This document shows, one piece after another, positions 1-10,214 of a DNA stretch of 64,000 nucleotides. The notes beneath the pieces are model-generated. The model ran no database searches, was not told the origin of the DNA, and was given only the letters and a program-made list of their open reading frames with translations. Origin of the DNA: Nitrosopumilus sp. (GTDB taxonomy: Archaea; Thermoproteota; Nitrososphaeria; Nitrososphaerales; Nitrosopumilaceae); assembly GCA_965197525.1 (NCBI GenBank), contig OZ240211.1, forward strand, positions 384,001 through 448,000, read 5' to 3'. Within the stretch, counting starts at the first letter, position 1; each line of letters begins with the position of its first letter. The position numbers and the translations under genes are program-made.

Positions 1-2389
1 CCGTGTAGGTGTGGTCCACTCCTGTAGGTGTAGTGTCAGTAAGTGGATTGCTTGCCTCATCTGTTATACCGTGTCCTGACGATACCAGATCAAGGTTGTA
101 TGTGCCGTCCTGAGTTGCAGAGACTGTCACGTAATACATATTGCCAGAACCTGAGATCGATGTTACAGGGTTTGACGTATCGCTGTTACTACCAGGATTG
201 ATCGTAAGCGTCCAGCTGTTCAGGGTGCCGTCATCGGCAGCTGCATAGTTGTCGTTTATCTGTAAAGTCCAGGTGCCTGCAATGGAGACGCCTGCAAAGT
301 CTGGTGTGTATGTCTGGTCTATGTCATTGGCGCTGCCTCCAGAGCGGTTGTGAACGGTCTTGGTTGTACCATCAGGTGCAATAAGATCTATCTTGAGGTC
401 GCCTTTGTATGTGTGGGAGACGTCGACTGCAAGCGAGACTGACGTAACAGTACCAGAGTCTGGGACTGTGATGGTATCTGTTATGGTGTTAGCTGCAGTT
501 ATGGCAATGGCAGGAGAACGTGTATGTGTGAACTGGGCAGAGCTTGATCCGCCCGTGCTGTCAGAAGACAGGGCAAAGTCAGTTGTATCCACGCCGGTTA
601 CATCCTCGCTGAATGTCACCTCGTAGACTAGCGTCTGGCTGTCCGTGTTTTCTGTAGCTGGACTAGACCGCTCAATTGATGATAGTGTTGGTGCAGTGGT
701 GTCAGCAGTGGTGTCAGCAGGTACAGTATTGACGGTATACGTCTCGTCAGTACCTGTGGTTGGAATCACGTTTGTTAGTGGATTATTTGATTCGTCTTCG
801 ATGCCGTGTCCTGACGATATCAGATCAAGGTTATATGTGCCGTCCTGTGTGGCCGAAACCGTTACTTGGTACGTGTCGCCAGAACCTGAGATCGATGTTA
901 CGGGGTTGGACGTATCACTACTACTACTACCAGGATTGATCGTAAGCGTCCAGCTGTTCAGGGTGCCGTCATCGGCAGCTGCATAGTTGTCGTTTATCTG
1001 TAAAGTCCAGGTGCCTGCAATGGAGACGCCTGCAAAGTCTGGTGTGTATGTCTGGTCTATGTCATTGGCGCTGCCTCCAGAGCGGTTGTGAACGGTCTTG
1101 GTTGTACCATCAGGTGCAATAAGATCTATCTTGAGGTCGCCTTTGTATGTGTGGGAGACGTCGACTGCAAGCGAGACTGACGTAACAGTACCAGAGTCTG
1201 GGACTGTGATGGTATCTGTTATGGTGTTAGCAGCAGTTATGGCAATGGCAGGAGAACGTGTCTGTGTGAACTGGGCAGAGCTTGATCCGCCCGTGCTGTC
1301 AGAAGACAGGGCAAAGTCTACCGAATCCACGCCGGTTACATCCTCGCTGAATGTCACCTCGTAGACTAGCGTCTGGCTGTCCGTGTTTTCTGTAGCTGGA
1401 CTAGACCGCTCAATTGATGATAGTGTTGGTGCAGTGGTGTCAGCAGGTACAGTATTGACGGTATACGTCTCGTCAGTACCTGTGGTTGGAATCACGTTTG
1501 TTAGTGGATTATTTGATTCGTCTTCGATGCCGTGTCCTGACGATATCAGATCAAGGTTATATGTGCCGTCCTGTGTGGCCGAAACCGTTACTTGGTACGT
1601 GTCGCCAGAACCTGAGATCGATGTTACGGGGTTGGACGTATCACTACTACTACCAGGATTGATCGTAAGCGTCCAGCTGTTCAGGGTGCCGTCATCGGCA
1701 GCTGCATAGTTGTCGTTTATCTGTAAAGTCCAGGTGCCTGCAATGGAGACGCCTGCAAAGTCTGGTGTGTATGTCTGGTCTATGTCATTGGCGCTGCCTC
1801 CAGAGCGGTTGTGAACGGTCTTGGTTGTACCATCAGGTGCAATAAGATCTATCTTGAGGTCGCCTTTGTATGTGTGGGAGACGTCGACTGCAAGCGAGAC
1901 TGACGTAACAGTACCAGAGTCTGGGACTGTGATGGTATCTGTTATGGTGTTAGCTGCAGTTATGGCAATGGCAGGAGAACGTGTCTGTGTGAACTGGGCA
2001 GAGCTTGATCCGCCCGTGCTGTCAGAAGACAGGGCAAAGTCTACCGAATCCACGCCGGTTACATCCTCGCTGAATGTCACCTCGTAGACTAGCGTCTGGC
2101 TGTCCGTGTTTTCTGTAGCTGGACTGGACCGCTCAATTGATGATAGTGTTGGTGCAGTGGTGTCAGCAGTGGTGTCAGCAGGTACAGTATTGACGGTATA
2201 CGTCTCGTCAGTACCTGTGGTTGGAATCACGTTTGTTAGTGGATTATTTGATTCGTCTTCGATGCCGTGTCCTGACGATATCAGATCAAGGTTATACGTG
2301 CCGTCCTGTGTGGCCGAAACCGTTACTTGGTACGTGTCGCCAGAACCTGAGATCGATGTTACGGGGTTGGACGTATCACTACTACTATA
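1..2389 (-). CDS. Continuation of the same giant surface protein in the shifted frame, running off the window start
   Basis: Near-identical copies of the repeat translated in the upstream ORF. Hand translation of 1-196 on the minus strand is open (PGSNSDTSNPVTSISGSGNMYYVTVSATQDGTYNLDL...). One C is missing between 2387 and 2388 relative to the copy near 3120. Confidence 0.8.
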
Positions 2390-3560
2390 CTACCAGGATT
2401 GATCGTAAGCGTCCAGCTGTTCAGGGTGCCGTCATCGGCAGCTGCATAGTTGTCGTTTATCTGTAAAGTCCAGGTGCCTGCAATGGAGACGCCTGCAAAG
2501 TCTGGTGTGTATGTCTGGTCTATGTCATTGGCGCTGCCTCCAGAGCGGTTGTGAACGGTCTTGGTTGTACCATCAGGTGCAATAAGATCTATCTTGAGGT
2601 CGCCTTTGTATGTGTGGGAGACGTCGACTGCAAGCGAGACTGACGTAACAGTACCAGAGTCTGGGACTGTGATGGTATCTGTTATGGTGTTAGCTGCAGT
2701 TATGGCAATGGCAGGAGAACGTGTCTGTGTGAACTGGGCAGAGCTTGATCCGCCCGTGCTGTCAGAAGACAGGGCAAAGTCTACCGAATCCACGCCGGTT
2801 ACATCCTCGCTGAATGTCACCTCGTAGACTAGCGTCTGGCTGTCCGTGTTTTCTGTAGCTGGACTAGACAGCTCAATTGATGATAGTGTTGGTGCAGTGG
2901 TGTCAGCAGTGGTGTCAGCAGGTACAGTATTGACGGTATACGTCTCGTCAGTACCTGTGGTTGGAATCACGTTTGTTAGTGGATTATTTGATTCGTCTTC
3001 GATGCCGTGTCCTGACGATATCAGATCAAGGTTATACGTGCCGTCCTGTGTGGCCGAAACCGTTACTTGGTACGTGTCGCCAGAACCTGAGATCGATGTT
3101 ACGGGGTTGGACGTATCACTACTACTACTACTACCAGGATTGATCGTAAGCGTCCAGCTGTTCAGGGTGCCGTCATCGGCAGCTGCATAGTTGTCGTTTA
3201 TCTGTAAAGTCCAGGTGCCTGCAATGGAGACGCCTGCAAAGTCTGGTGTGTATGTCTGGTCTATGTCATTGGCGCTGCCTCCAGAGCGGTTGTGAACGGT
3301 CTTGGTTGTACCATCAGGTGCAATAAGATCTATCTTGAGGTCGCCTTTGTATGTGTGGGAGACGTCGACTGCAAGCGAGACTGACGTAACAGTGCCAGAA
3401 TCTGGGACTGTGATGGTATCTGTTATGGTGTTAGCAGCAGTTATGGCAATGGCAGGAGAACGTGTCTGTGTGAACTGGGCAGAGCTTGATCCGCCCGTGC
3501 TGTCAGAAGACAGGGCAAAGTCAGTTGTATCCACCCCGGTTACATCCTCGCTGAATGTAA
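130..3560. repeat. Tandem array of about 4.6 near-identical 723-741 bp coding repeats (Ig-like plus P-domain)
   Basis: The same anchor recurs at 360, 1098, 1821, 2561 and 3302 (periods 738, 723, 740, 741). Confidence 0.95.
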
Positions 3561-5931
3561 CTGAAAAGTCAAGGCTGGTTTCAGACGTGGTTTCAGTTGT
3601 AGGTGAGTTTCTAGTTATGGATATCAATGAGGGAGAGATAGCGTCAATCGTGTAGGTTTCATCAGGGTCAGGACTGGTATCAGTTAGTGCAATACCTGTA
3701 GAATCAAGGATGTCATGGTTGTTTGATATAAGATCCAATCCTATTGTACCACTGTTTGATGTTACATCTACTGTGACGGTGTAACTAGAATCAGAACCTG
3801 AGATGTCAGATACAGAACCTGTACCGGTGCCTGATACGGCAAAGTCAGATGTATCAACTCCAGTCACTGATTCGCTAAAGGCGACTGCAAATTCAAGTGA
3901 TGCAAGGGAGGTTAGTTCTGATGTAGGTGAGCTTCTGGTTATGGATGTCAACGAGGGGGCTGTAGTATCAATGGCGAATATAACTGTGTTTGAGACCAAG
4001 TTCTTGTTTTGTGCAAGATCGTCTACAGAGTCAGCAGGAATGAATATGGTAAATGTGTCAGCCGTTATTTCGCTTACGGTGAACTCGAATGTTTGATCAT
4101 TATCAATAGTGCCAAGATTAGAGACAGTGCCACTGGATACAACTATATCAGAGTCAGTAAACGTCGTAGAGTTTATCGATCCTCCAAAATCTACTGTAAA
4201 TGATAGGATCTGTTTTGAAGTGGGAGATGAAACATCAGTAGTAATTAGTGGTGTGAGTGATGAGATAGCGCTTACTGAAAATAATTCATCGGTGTTAAAG
4301 GTGGTGTCTGTCAGAACGCCAGATACAATTACTTGTATCATACGGTGATTATTGCCATTCTCAAAGACAGAGTTACCAGCTGCAGTCACAGTAACCTCAT
4401 ACACACCTGCATTAGTTGGTGCTTCCTTGAATGCCAGAGTGTCAGAACCAGACACTATCTCAAACAATGTAGAGTTACCACCTGTTCCAATTGCATATGT
4501 TGGGTTTTGTACTGCAAGTGCATCATTCTGTGGCGTTATATCAATGACGTTAAGTGAATCAGTATAAGAAAAGTCTACAGAATCCGGTGTAATGTACCAT
4601 GGGCCCAAGTTCTGGTCAAAGGCAATAGTGTAGTCGAACATGTCAAACATGGTGGTAACTGAGGAGACATCCCAGTTGGAGATATCACTGTTAAATGCGT
4701 TGGCACCGTCAAACATGTTGGACATGTCGCTAACTGAGGAGGTGTTCCAGGTAGAGATATCACCGTTAAATTTGAGGGCATCTTGGAACATCTCAAACAT
4801 GTTGGTAACAGACGAGGTGTCCCAGTTAGAGAGGTCTCCGTTAAACACTCTGGCATATTCGAACATGAATGACATGTTGGTAACAGACGAGGTGTTCCAG
4901 TTAGAGAGGTCTCCGTTAAATTCGTGGGTATTGACAAACATCTCAGACATGGTGGTAACAGACGAGGTGTTCCAGTTGGAGATATCACCGTTAAATTCGT
5001 GGGTATTGGCAAACATGGCAAGCATGCCTGTAACAGACGATGTGTTCCAAGTAGAGAGGTCTCCGTTAAACACTCTGGCACTGTTGAACATGTTTGACAT
5101 GTTGGTAACAGACGAGGTGTCCCAGTCAGAGATATCACCGTTAAATTGTTTGGCATGGAAGAACATCTCAAACATGTTGGTAACAGACGTGGTGTTCCAG
5201 TTAGAGAGGTCTCCGTTAAATTGGCTTGCAAAGCGGAACATGTTTGACATGTTGGTAACAGACGATGTGTCCCAATCAGAGAGGTCTCCGTTAAATTGTT
5301 TGGCATAACGGAACATGCCAGACATGTCAGTAACCTGTGACAGATCAGGTGCATCAGTGGCGTGGTAAGTCATCTGACTTGCACCGCGGAATGCATTCTT
5401 CATAGTAGACCACTGGATGTCCCCCCATTGGTTAATTGAGTGAAGTAATGTAGGTGTGGAGCCATTGCCGTCAAGATTTATCCGCGACAGGTCGCCAGTC
5501 ATGGTAACACGATAAGAGGCAGGTGTAGTGTATGTGTGTGTGACTGGGCCGTTAGAATTTACCGTGCTTGTGTCACCATCACCCCAATCTATAGTCAAAG
5601 TTCCTGCTGAATGTATCTTTACAGGTATACGTATCTCTTGGTTGATCCCAGTCGTAACCCACGTAGTCAGAAATGGATCATCATATGTTTGTGTTTGCGC
5701 GTAGGCATATATTGGAATTTCTGTGTATACAGTATCGTGTAATGAATCTAACTTGTCCACTAAAAACATGTCCAGTTGTGTTGCAGTCAACATACTGACA
5801 GATATCAAAAGTATAATGCTTAGAATCATTGTTCTATATTGTGAGTATCTGCAGAGGTTGAGATATTTGGTAATGCCGCGTGGTGTACGTTCTTCTATTG
5901 CCGACAATATGTGCAACATTCCACTCTCCAC
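2359..5931 (-). CDS. Giant surface protein, 5' part: signal-like N-terminus, DUF285/BspA-like repeats, Ig-like domains, and Ig-like repeats with inserted proprotein convertase P-domain; ends prematurely at a frameshift
   Basis: 1190-aa ORF. Hydrophobic MILSIILLISVSMLTA...AYAQ segment (probable start 5829). About 10 x 25-aa repeats of type FNGDLSNWNTSSVTNMSxMF. P-domain motif VDVSHTYKGDLKIDLIAPDG...GTWTLQIND. Confidence 0.85.
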   Translation of the reverse strand: MESGMLHILSAIEERTPRGITKYLNLCRYSQYRTMILSIILLISVSMLTATQLDMFLVDKLDSLHDTVYTEIPIYAYAQTQTYDDPFLTTWVTTGINQEIRIPVKIHSAGTLTIDWGDGDTSTVNSNGPVTHTYTTPASYRVTMTGDLSRINLDGNGSTPTLLHSINQWGDIQWSTMKNAFRGASQMTYHATDAPDLSQVTDMSGMFRYAKQFNGDLSDWDTSSVTNMSNMFRFASQFNGDLSNWNTTSVTNMFEMFFHAKQFNGDISDWDTSSVTNMSNMFNSARVFNGDLSTWNTSSVTGMLAMFANTHEFNGDISNWNTSSVTTMSEMFVNTHEFNGDLSNWNTSSVTNMSFMFEYARVFNGDLSNWDTSSVTNMFEMFQDALKFNGDISTWNTSSVSDMSNMFDGANAFNSDISNWDVSSVTTMFDMFDYTIAFDQNLGPWYITPDSVDFSYTDSLNVIDITPQNDALAVQNPTYAIGTGGNSTLFEIVSGSDTLAFKEAPTNAGVYEVTVTAAGNSVFENGNNHRMIQVIVSGVLTDTTFNTDELFSVSAISSLTPLITTDVSSPTSKQILSFTVDFGGSINSTTFTDSDIVVSSGTVSNLGTIDNDQTFEFTVSEITADTFTIFIPADSVDDLAQNKNLVSNTVIFAIDTTAPSLTSITRSSPTSELTSLASLEFAVAFSESVTGVDTSDFAVSGTGTGSVSDISGSDSSYTVTVDVTSNSGTIGLDLISNNHDILDSTGIALTDTSPDPDETYTIDAISPSLISITRNSPTTETTSETSLDFSVTFSEDVTGVDTTDFALSSDSTGGSSSAQFTQTRSPAIAITAANTITDTITVPDSGTVTSVSLAVDVSHTYKGDLKIDLIAPDGTTKTVHNRSGGSANDIDQTYTPDFAGVSIAGTWTLQINDNYAAADDGTLNSWTLTINPGSSSSSDTSNPVTSISGSGDTYQVTVSATQDGTYNLDLISSGHGIEDESNNPLTNVIPTTGTDETYTVNTVPADTTADTTAPTLSSIELSSPATENTDSQTLVYEVTFSEDVTGVDSVDFALSSDSTGGSSSAQFTQTRSPAIAITAANTITDTITVPDSGTVTSVSLAVDVSHTYKGDLKIDLIAPDGTTKTVHNRSGGSANDIDQTYTPDFAGVSIAGTWTLQINDNYAAADDGTLNSWTLTINPGSIVVVIRPTP
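4640..5330. repeat. 75-bp tandem coding repeats (DUF285/BspA-like, 25 aa each)
   Basis: Recurring gttggtaacagacgaggtg..ccagttagagaggtctccgttaaa every 75 bp, about 9-10 copies. Confidence 0.9.
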
Positions 5932-5940
5932 CTAATCTCT

Positions 5941-5954
5941 CCCCCCCCCCCCCC
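5941..5954. repeat. C14/G14 homopolymer upstream of the giant surface-protein gene
   Basis: 14 consecutive C on the plus strand in otherwise AT-rich DNA. Confidence 0.95.
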
Positions 5955-6454
5955 ACAACAGCATTCTTCAGACTAGCTAAAACTATAGTCAATATTGCAG
6001 TCAGAGAGGAGTTTGAGAATTGGATGTCACGTATACAGAATCTGTTTTTATTGTTCTTGTAAATGCACTTGCCAGTACTGCTACTATTATTATTAATATA
6101 ATTTGATTTTTTACCATTATTTTGTAGACAACAATACGGTAATTGACTGGAGGTTTCTTTATCGTATTTTTGACAACTTGAAGTTTTACCAAATACTTTG
6201 TCTTGATTGGGATCAGTAACGACACTACTTGAAAGAATTATAAAAGTCACATAGAATGTTAAAAACAGTCATCATATAACAAAGAGGTCATCTAAACTAG
6301 TCTTAGGCTAGTAAGTACACATTAGAGATTATTGGCAGTATTGGACAAAAAGCTGTTCATTTTGCAATCAAAATGACATTATGCAATAATCACTACTAGA
6401 TCTTTAATCTGAACAGGTTTTTATCATGTGTAAAAAACTTGAAACCAAAAGTTC

Positions 6455-6740
6455 ATCAAGGTCGGGGATTCCTGCCAACATATCTCATCACATCAAGCTT
6501 TGGTTCCTATGTCCTGATGTCTTAAAATAACACGTGACGCATATTTTCAAACGTAGCATAATATTCTGACACTAGTGTCATGTTTTGCCTGATGCCAATA
6601 TTTCTCAATGGCACTAATCTCTGGCAGTTGGCAGGTATAACATCCTCATATCCTTGTTTTGGGATACAAAATCAGCAAGTATTCACGTCCACTCTTGATT
6701 TGTGTTTATGTGAAGATCGATGTGGATTGCAGTTAGGCAC
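6455..6740 (-). pseudogene. IS630-family transposase relic (C-terminal part, several frameshifts and stops)
   Basis: Stitching minus-strand frames gives HKSRV..REYL..QNKDMRMLYLPT..PEISAIEKYWHQAKHD..LVSELYATFENMRHVL..PKLDVMRY. This matches the IS630 DDE C-terminal pattern LYLP..SPELN.IE..W...K. Confidence 0.6.
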
Positions 6741-7685
6741 GGATTAAGAGATGACATGAACAATTATCAAAATCATTTACTATAGATGCAGTTTTTTTAA
6801 GATCTTCTGGTTTTGTGTCCATACATAAGTTTAGTATGATGTGACCAATACGGTTTGTAGTCCAGTAAAATTTACATACCGATAAACTTTTGATTATCAG
6901 TATACAAATTGATGCTAGGTGCTGTGATCCCATGTATATTAAAAATTAAAGACATGCTAACTAAATAATAAGATTAAACCAACAGCCAAGGCAGATACTG
7001 AAATTCCCATCCAGATATAGAATTTTGCCATCAATACAATTTATTGAAGACGCCAGAATTAATAGTTTAGCCCTAGTTTTCGCAAAACTATTTAATAGAA
7101 ATACTGAATTATTTATTTCGATTTAATACATGACTATACGATAATCTACTTTTGTTTTTTCAAATTATGCAAATTCGTTTTAACAATTAACTAGATATGT
7201 TTTCTGAATCCAAATGATAGTATTGGTATGATGATGTTGAAAACATTATTACACATAAAAAAAGCTCATCCAGATAAAGATGTGAAACATCTATGGGGAT
7301 TATCTTCGGGAAGCATGATGAATGTTATCAGCTAGACTTGATTGTTTTGGGCATTTATTTCTGATATCTTGGAGATTATCATCTCTTCAAGTTATTGTAG
7401 GAGAGACATATGCGATGAACTCGTATCAGTTACATCAAACCTGCGATCCAAGTATTTGAATAGTTGGATTTAACGTATCAAAAGATAAACATCAAGCATA
7501 TACTAGTCAATATATTAGAAGAAGGGTAAACTATTTACAAGATCTTATGTTTGTGGAATAGAGGGATATTGCAAGCCAAAAGAGTACAAACACATTTGTA
7601 TACTATAACAGATTCCAACAATTACATTTTTGGGAAACTATCTGTCAATCGTACCATCATTAGTATCAAAAATATAAAATGTGAT

Positions 7686-9596
7686 ATGAATACGGTAGGA
7701 ACTCTGTCACTTTTTGCGATACTTGTGACATGTGCCGGCATCACATATCATGACTACCAGACAGACTCATTACTCAATACATATATGAAATCTCTAATAG
7801 TGCACATGGTAAGCGCATATGACGTGTACTCTGTACAGATAACAACACTGATGCACTCAGGACTAGTAATAGTAGGACCAAATCCTGCATTCGCTGCACA
7901 GGGTACGGACATAGTCACGGTAACAGACATCCACAACGGTAACGGTTTTGAAATGGGCGGTCCGTGGGATGTGACAACATACAAAGATGACACAGGGAAC
8001 ATCTATGCCGTGGTGCTAGCCCGCATGGCAGATGCAGTTCAGATCATCGACATTACAGATCCTGCAAATCCGTCTGTGGTATCGACTCTTCGGGACAACG
8101 ATGAACTTGCCCTCGACGACCCGGTAGCCATTGCAATATATGACTATGATGGCATAGTCTATGCACTGATAGCAGCACACAATGGCAATGCATTTCAGAT
8201 CATCGACATTACAGATCCTGCAAATCCGTCTGTGGTAGTCACACTTGAAGACAACGACGATTTCGGACTTGATGGGCCGTTGGGATTTTCGATTTATGAG
8301 GATCATGGCAGTGAGAACGTCTACGCCATAATCGCAGTTCACTTTAGCGATGTGGTACATATAGTTGACATTACAGATCCTGCAAATCCGTCTGTGGTTA
8401 CCAGTATTAAAGACGGAGGAGATTTTGCACTTGATGGTCCCGGAGGAGTGGCAGTATACAACTATTATGATGATCACAGTAGTGATACTGCAATATATGC
8501 CATAGTCATAGTATACGATACTGATGCAATCCAGATCATCGACATTACAGACCCGATCCATCCGTCTGCAGTGACCACAATTTGGAACGGAGATAATGAT
8601 GGTAATGATGAAGAGTTTACACTTGACAAACCATGGGGAGTTGTAATGCACGAGGATTTAGATTCGGCTTTTGCCATAGTTATGACACAGAGGGGCAGCA
8701 CGATACAGATCATCGATGTTACTGATCCCATCAATCCTTTCGTAGCTGTGACCCTTAGAGGTGATGAAGGCTTTGAGGTTGCCACACCTGTCAGCTTTGA
8801 GATATATGAAGATGGCAACAGGACCTATGCTATGATCACATCGCTAGTTAACAGCACGGTTCAGATAGTTGATATCACTGATCCAATCAATCCATCAATA
8901 GTATCCACCCTTCAAAATGAAGATGGTTTTGATATAAAAGGTCCAGCCGGAGTTGCAATATATGAAGACAGTAACAACAACGGCACCCATGCCGTGATAA
9001 CAGGATTCGCTAGCAACACAACCAAGATCGTCCAGATTGGTGCAACAGGTATGATGATGACGGAATCATCGTCATTTGTGGAGGAGGGCTCGTTAAATGA
9101 TAATGAATCTCAGGAGATGCTAGTACAAGACATGGTAGAGGAAGAGGGGGAGAAGGAAAAGATGTTAAAAGACAATGACAACAAAGGCGGCGGATGCCTC
9201 ATTGCAACTGCAGCTTATGGAACAGAGATGGCACCACAAATCCAAGAATTAAGAGGAATTAGAGACAACATCATTTTAACCACAGAGTCAGGATCCGTAT
9301 TCATGCAAGAGTTCAACCGCGTATACTATTCATTCTCACCTACAATTGCAGACATGCAAAGACAGAGCTATACGTTTAACATGGCAATAAACATACTCAT
9401 CTTACCAATGATAAGCACGTTATCCATAATGACGTTGGCAGATGATGGTGATAATAGTTCCGAGTATGCAGTAATCAGTCTAGGAGTACTAGTAGTGGCA
9501 TTGAATCTAGGTCTGTATGTGGGGTTGCCCGTATTTACAGGACTTTGGATACGTAAACGTATACAGCAGCAGCAGCGTGTAATCAAACGACGATAA
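7686..9596 (+). CDS. LVIVD-like repeat (beta-propeller) surface protein with C-terminal CFI-box-CTERM anchor
   Basis: About 8 repeats of (V/I)QIIDITDPxNPSVV. C-terminal GGGCLIATAAYGTEMAPQIQELRxIRD motif followed by TM helices. The ORF is open from 7551; ATG 7686 precedes a signal-like segment. Confidence 0.8.
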   Translation: MNTVGTLSLFAILVTCAGITYHDYQTDSLLNTYMKSLIVHMVSAYDVYSVQITTLMHSGLVIVGPNPAFAAQGTDIVTVTDIHNGNGFEMGGPWDVTTYKDDTGNIYAVVLARMADAVQIIDITDPANPSVVSTLRDNDELALDDPVAIAIYDYDGIVYALIAAHNGNAFQIIDITDPANPSVVVTLEDNDDFGLDGPLGFSIYEDHGSENVYAIIAVHFSDVVHIVDITDPANPSVVTSIKDGGDFALDGPGGVAVYNYYDDHSSDTAIYAIVIVYDTDAIQIIDITDPIHPSAVTTIWNGDNDGNDEEFTLDKPWGVVMHEDLDSAFAIVMTQRGSTIQIIDVTDPINPFVAVTLRGDEGFEVATPVSFEIYEDGNRTYAMITSLVNSTVQIVDITDPINPSIVSTLQNEDGFDIKGPAGVAIYEDSNNNGTHAVITGFASNTTKIVQIGATGMMMTESSSFVEEGSLNDNESQEMLVQDMVEEEGEKEKMLKDNDNKGGGCLIATAAYGTEMAPQIQELRGIRDNIILTTESGSVFMQEFNRVYYSFSPTIADMQRQSYTFNMAINILILPMISTLSIMTLADDGDNSSEYAVISLGVLVVALNLGLYVGLPVFTGLWIRKRIQQQQRVIKRR

Positions 9597-9677
9597 TAAT
9601 GATAACACAATAGTACAAACCGCTAGTACCAATAAAAAAAGAATGATTTTATTTGAATAGCACATACAGACAATAAG

Positions 9678-10214
9678 ATGACGCAAGATAACGTTGTGAA
9701 TTGGACACAGGATACTCATCTAACCTGGTCGGATTTCAAAGCAGAATCAAATCCTTCAGTCTTTGAAGACACGTATAGCGTCATAAAATACAGATTCACA
9801 TGGACGGTAAACTCAGAAGAGATAGACGATCAGATTATGTTTGTAATTGAGGATATTTGCATTTTTACAGAGTTCTACCCCTTTTTATCGTGGATCAGAT
9901 ATTCAGAACCAGATGAAGAGTTGCTAAAACATGAACAAGGGGTTTTTGATCTAGCAGAGCTAGTAAAACAAGAGAATATTGAAGCGATGCAAGAAAGGTT
10001 TTATCACAAATACTTTCAGACAAGAGGTCAAAATCAGGAACAGCGAAAGCAGTTTGCCAAAGAGGATTCTGGGAACATGATTGCAAAGCAAGTAGAGCGT
10101 TTAGAGGAATCATTCAAACAGAGACGCAAGACATATCAAACTGAAACAAATTTTGGGCAAAATCGGACACCGCAGTCAGAGCATGATGCTATTTTTCAGC
10201 AGTTGCGGTCATAG
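9678..10214 (+). CDS. DUF922-like protein (putative Zn-protease fold, degenerate motif)
   Basis: LTWSDFKA N-terminal motif and LLKHEQGVFDLAEL, where the family pattern is HEQxHFD. Confidence 0.6.
   Translation: MTQDNVVNWTQDTHLTWSDFKAESNPSVFEDTYSVIKYRFTWTVNSEEIDDQIMFVIEDICIFTEFYPFLSWIRYSEPDEELLKHEQGVFDLAELVKQENIEAMQERFYHKYFQTRGQNQEQRKQFAKEDSGNMIAKQVERLEESFKQRRKTYQTETNFGQNRTPQSEHDAIFQQLRS

Noticed and set aside
360-3655. Repeated plus-strand ORFs (MVVPSGAIRS..., MFSVAGLD...) and their equivalents at 58910-63646
   Set aside because: They are antisense shadows of the repetitive minus-strand surface-protein genes.
4640-5330. Possible diversity-generating retroelement TR/VR pair
   Set aside because: These are ordinary 75-bp coding tandem repeats; the differences are not adenine-restricted and there is no reverse transcriptase in the window.
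5834-6250. Phase-variable fusion of the upstream ORF with the adhesin through the G14 tract
   Set aside because: An in-frame TAG at 5934-5932 lies between the tract and the adhesin frame.
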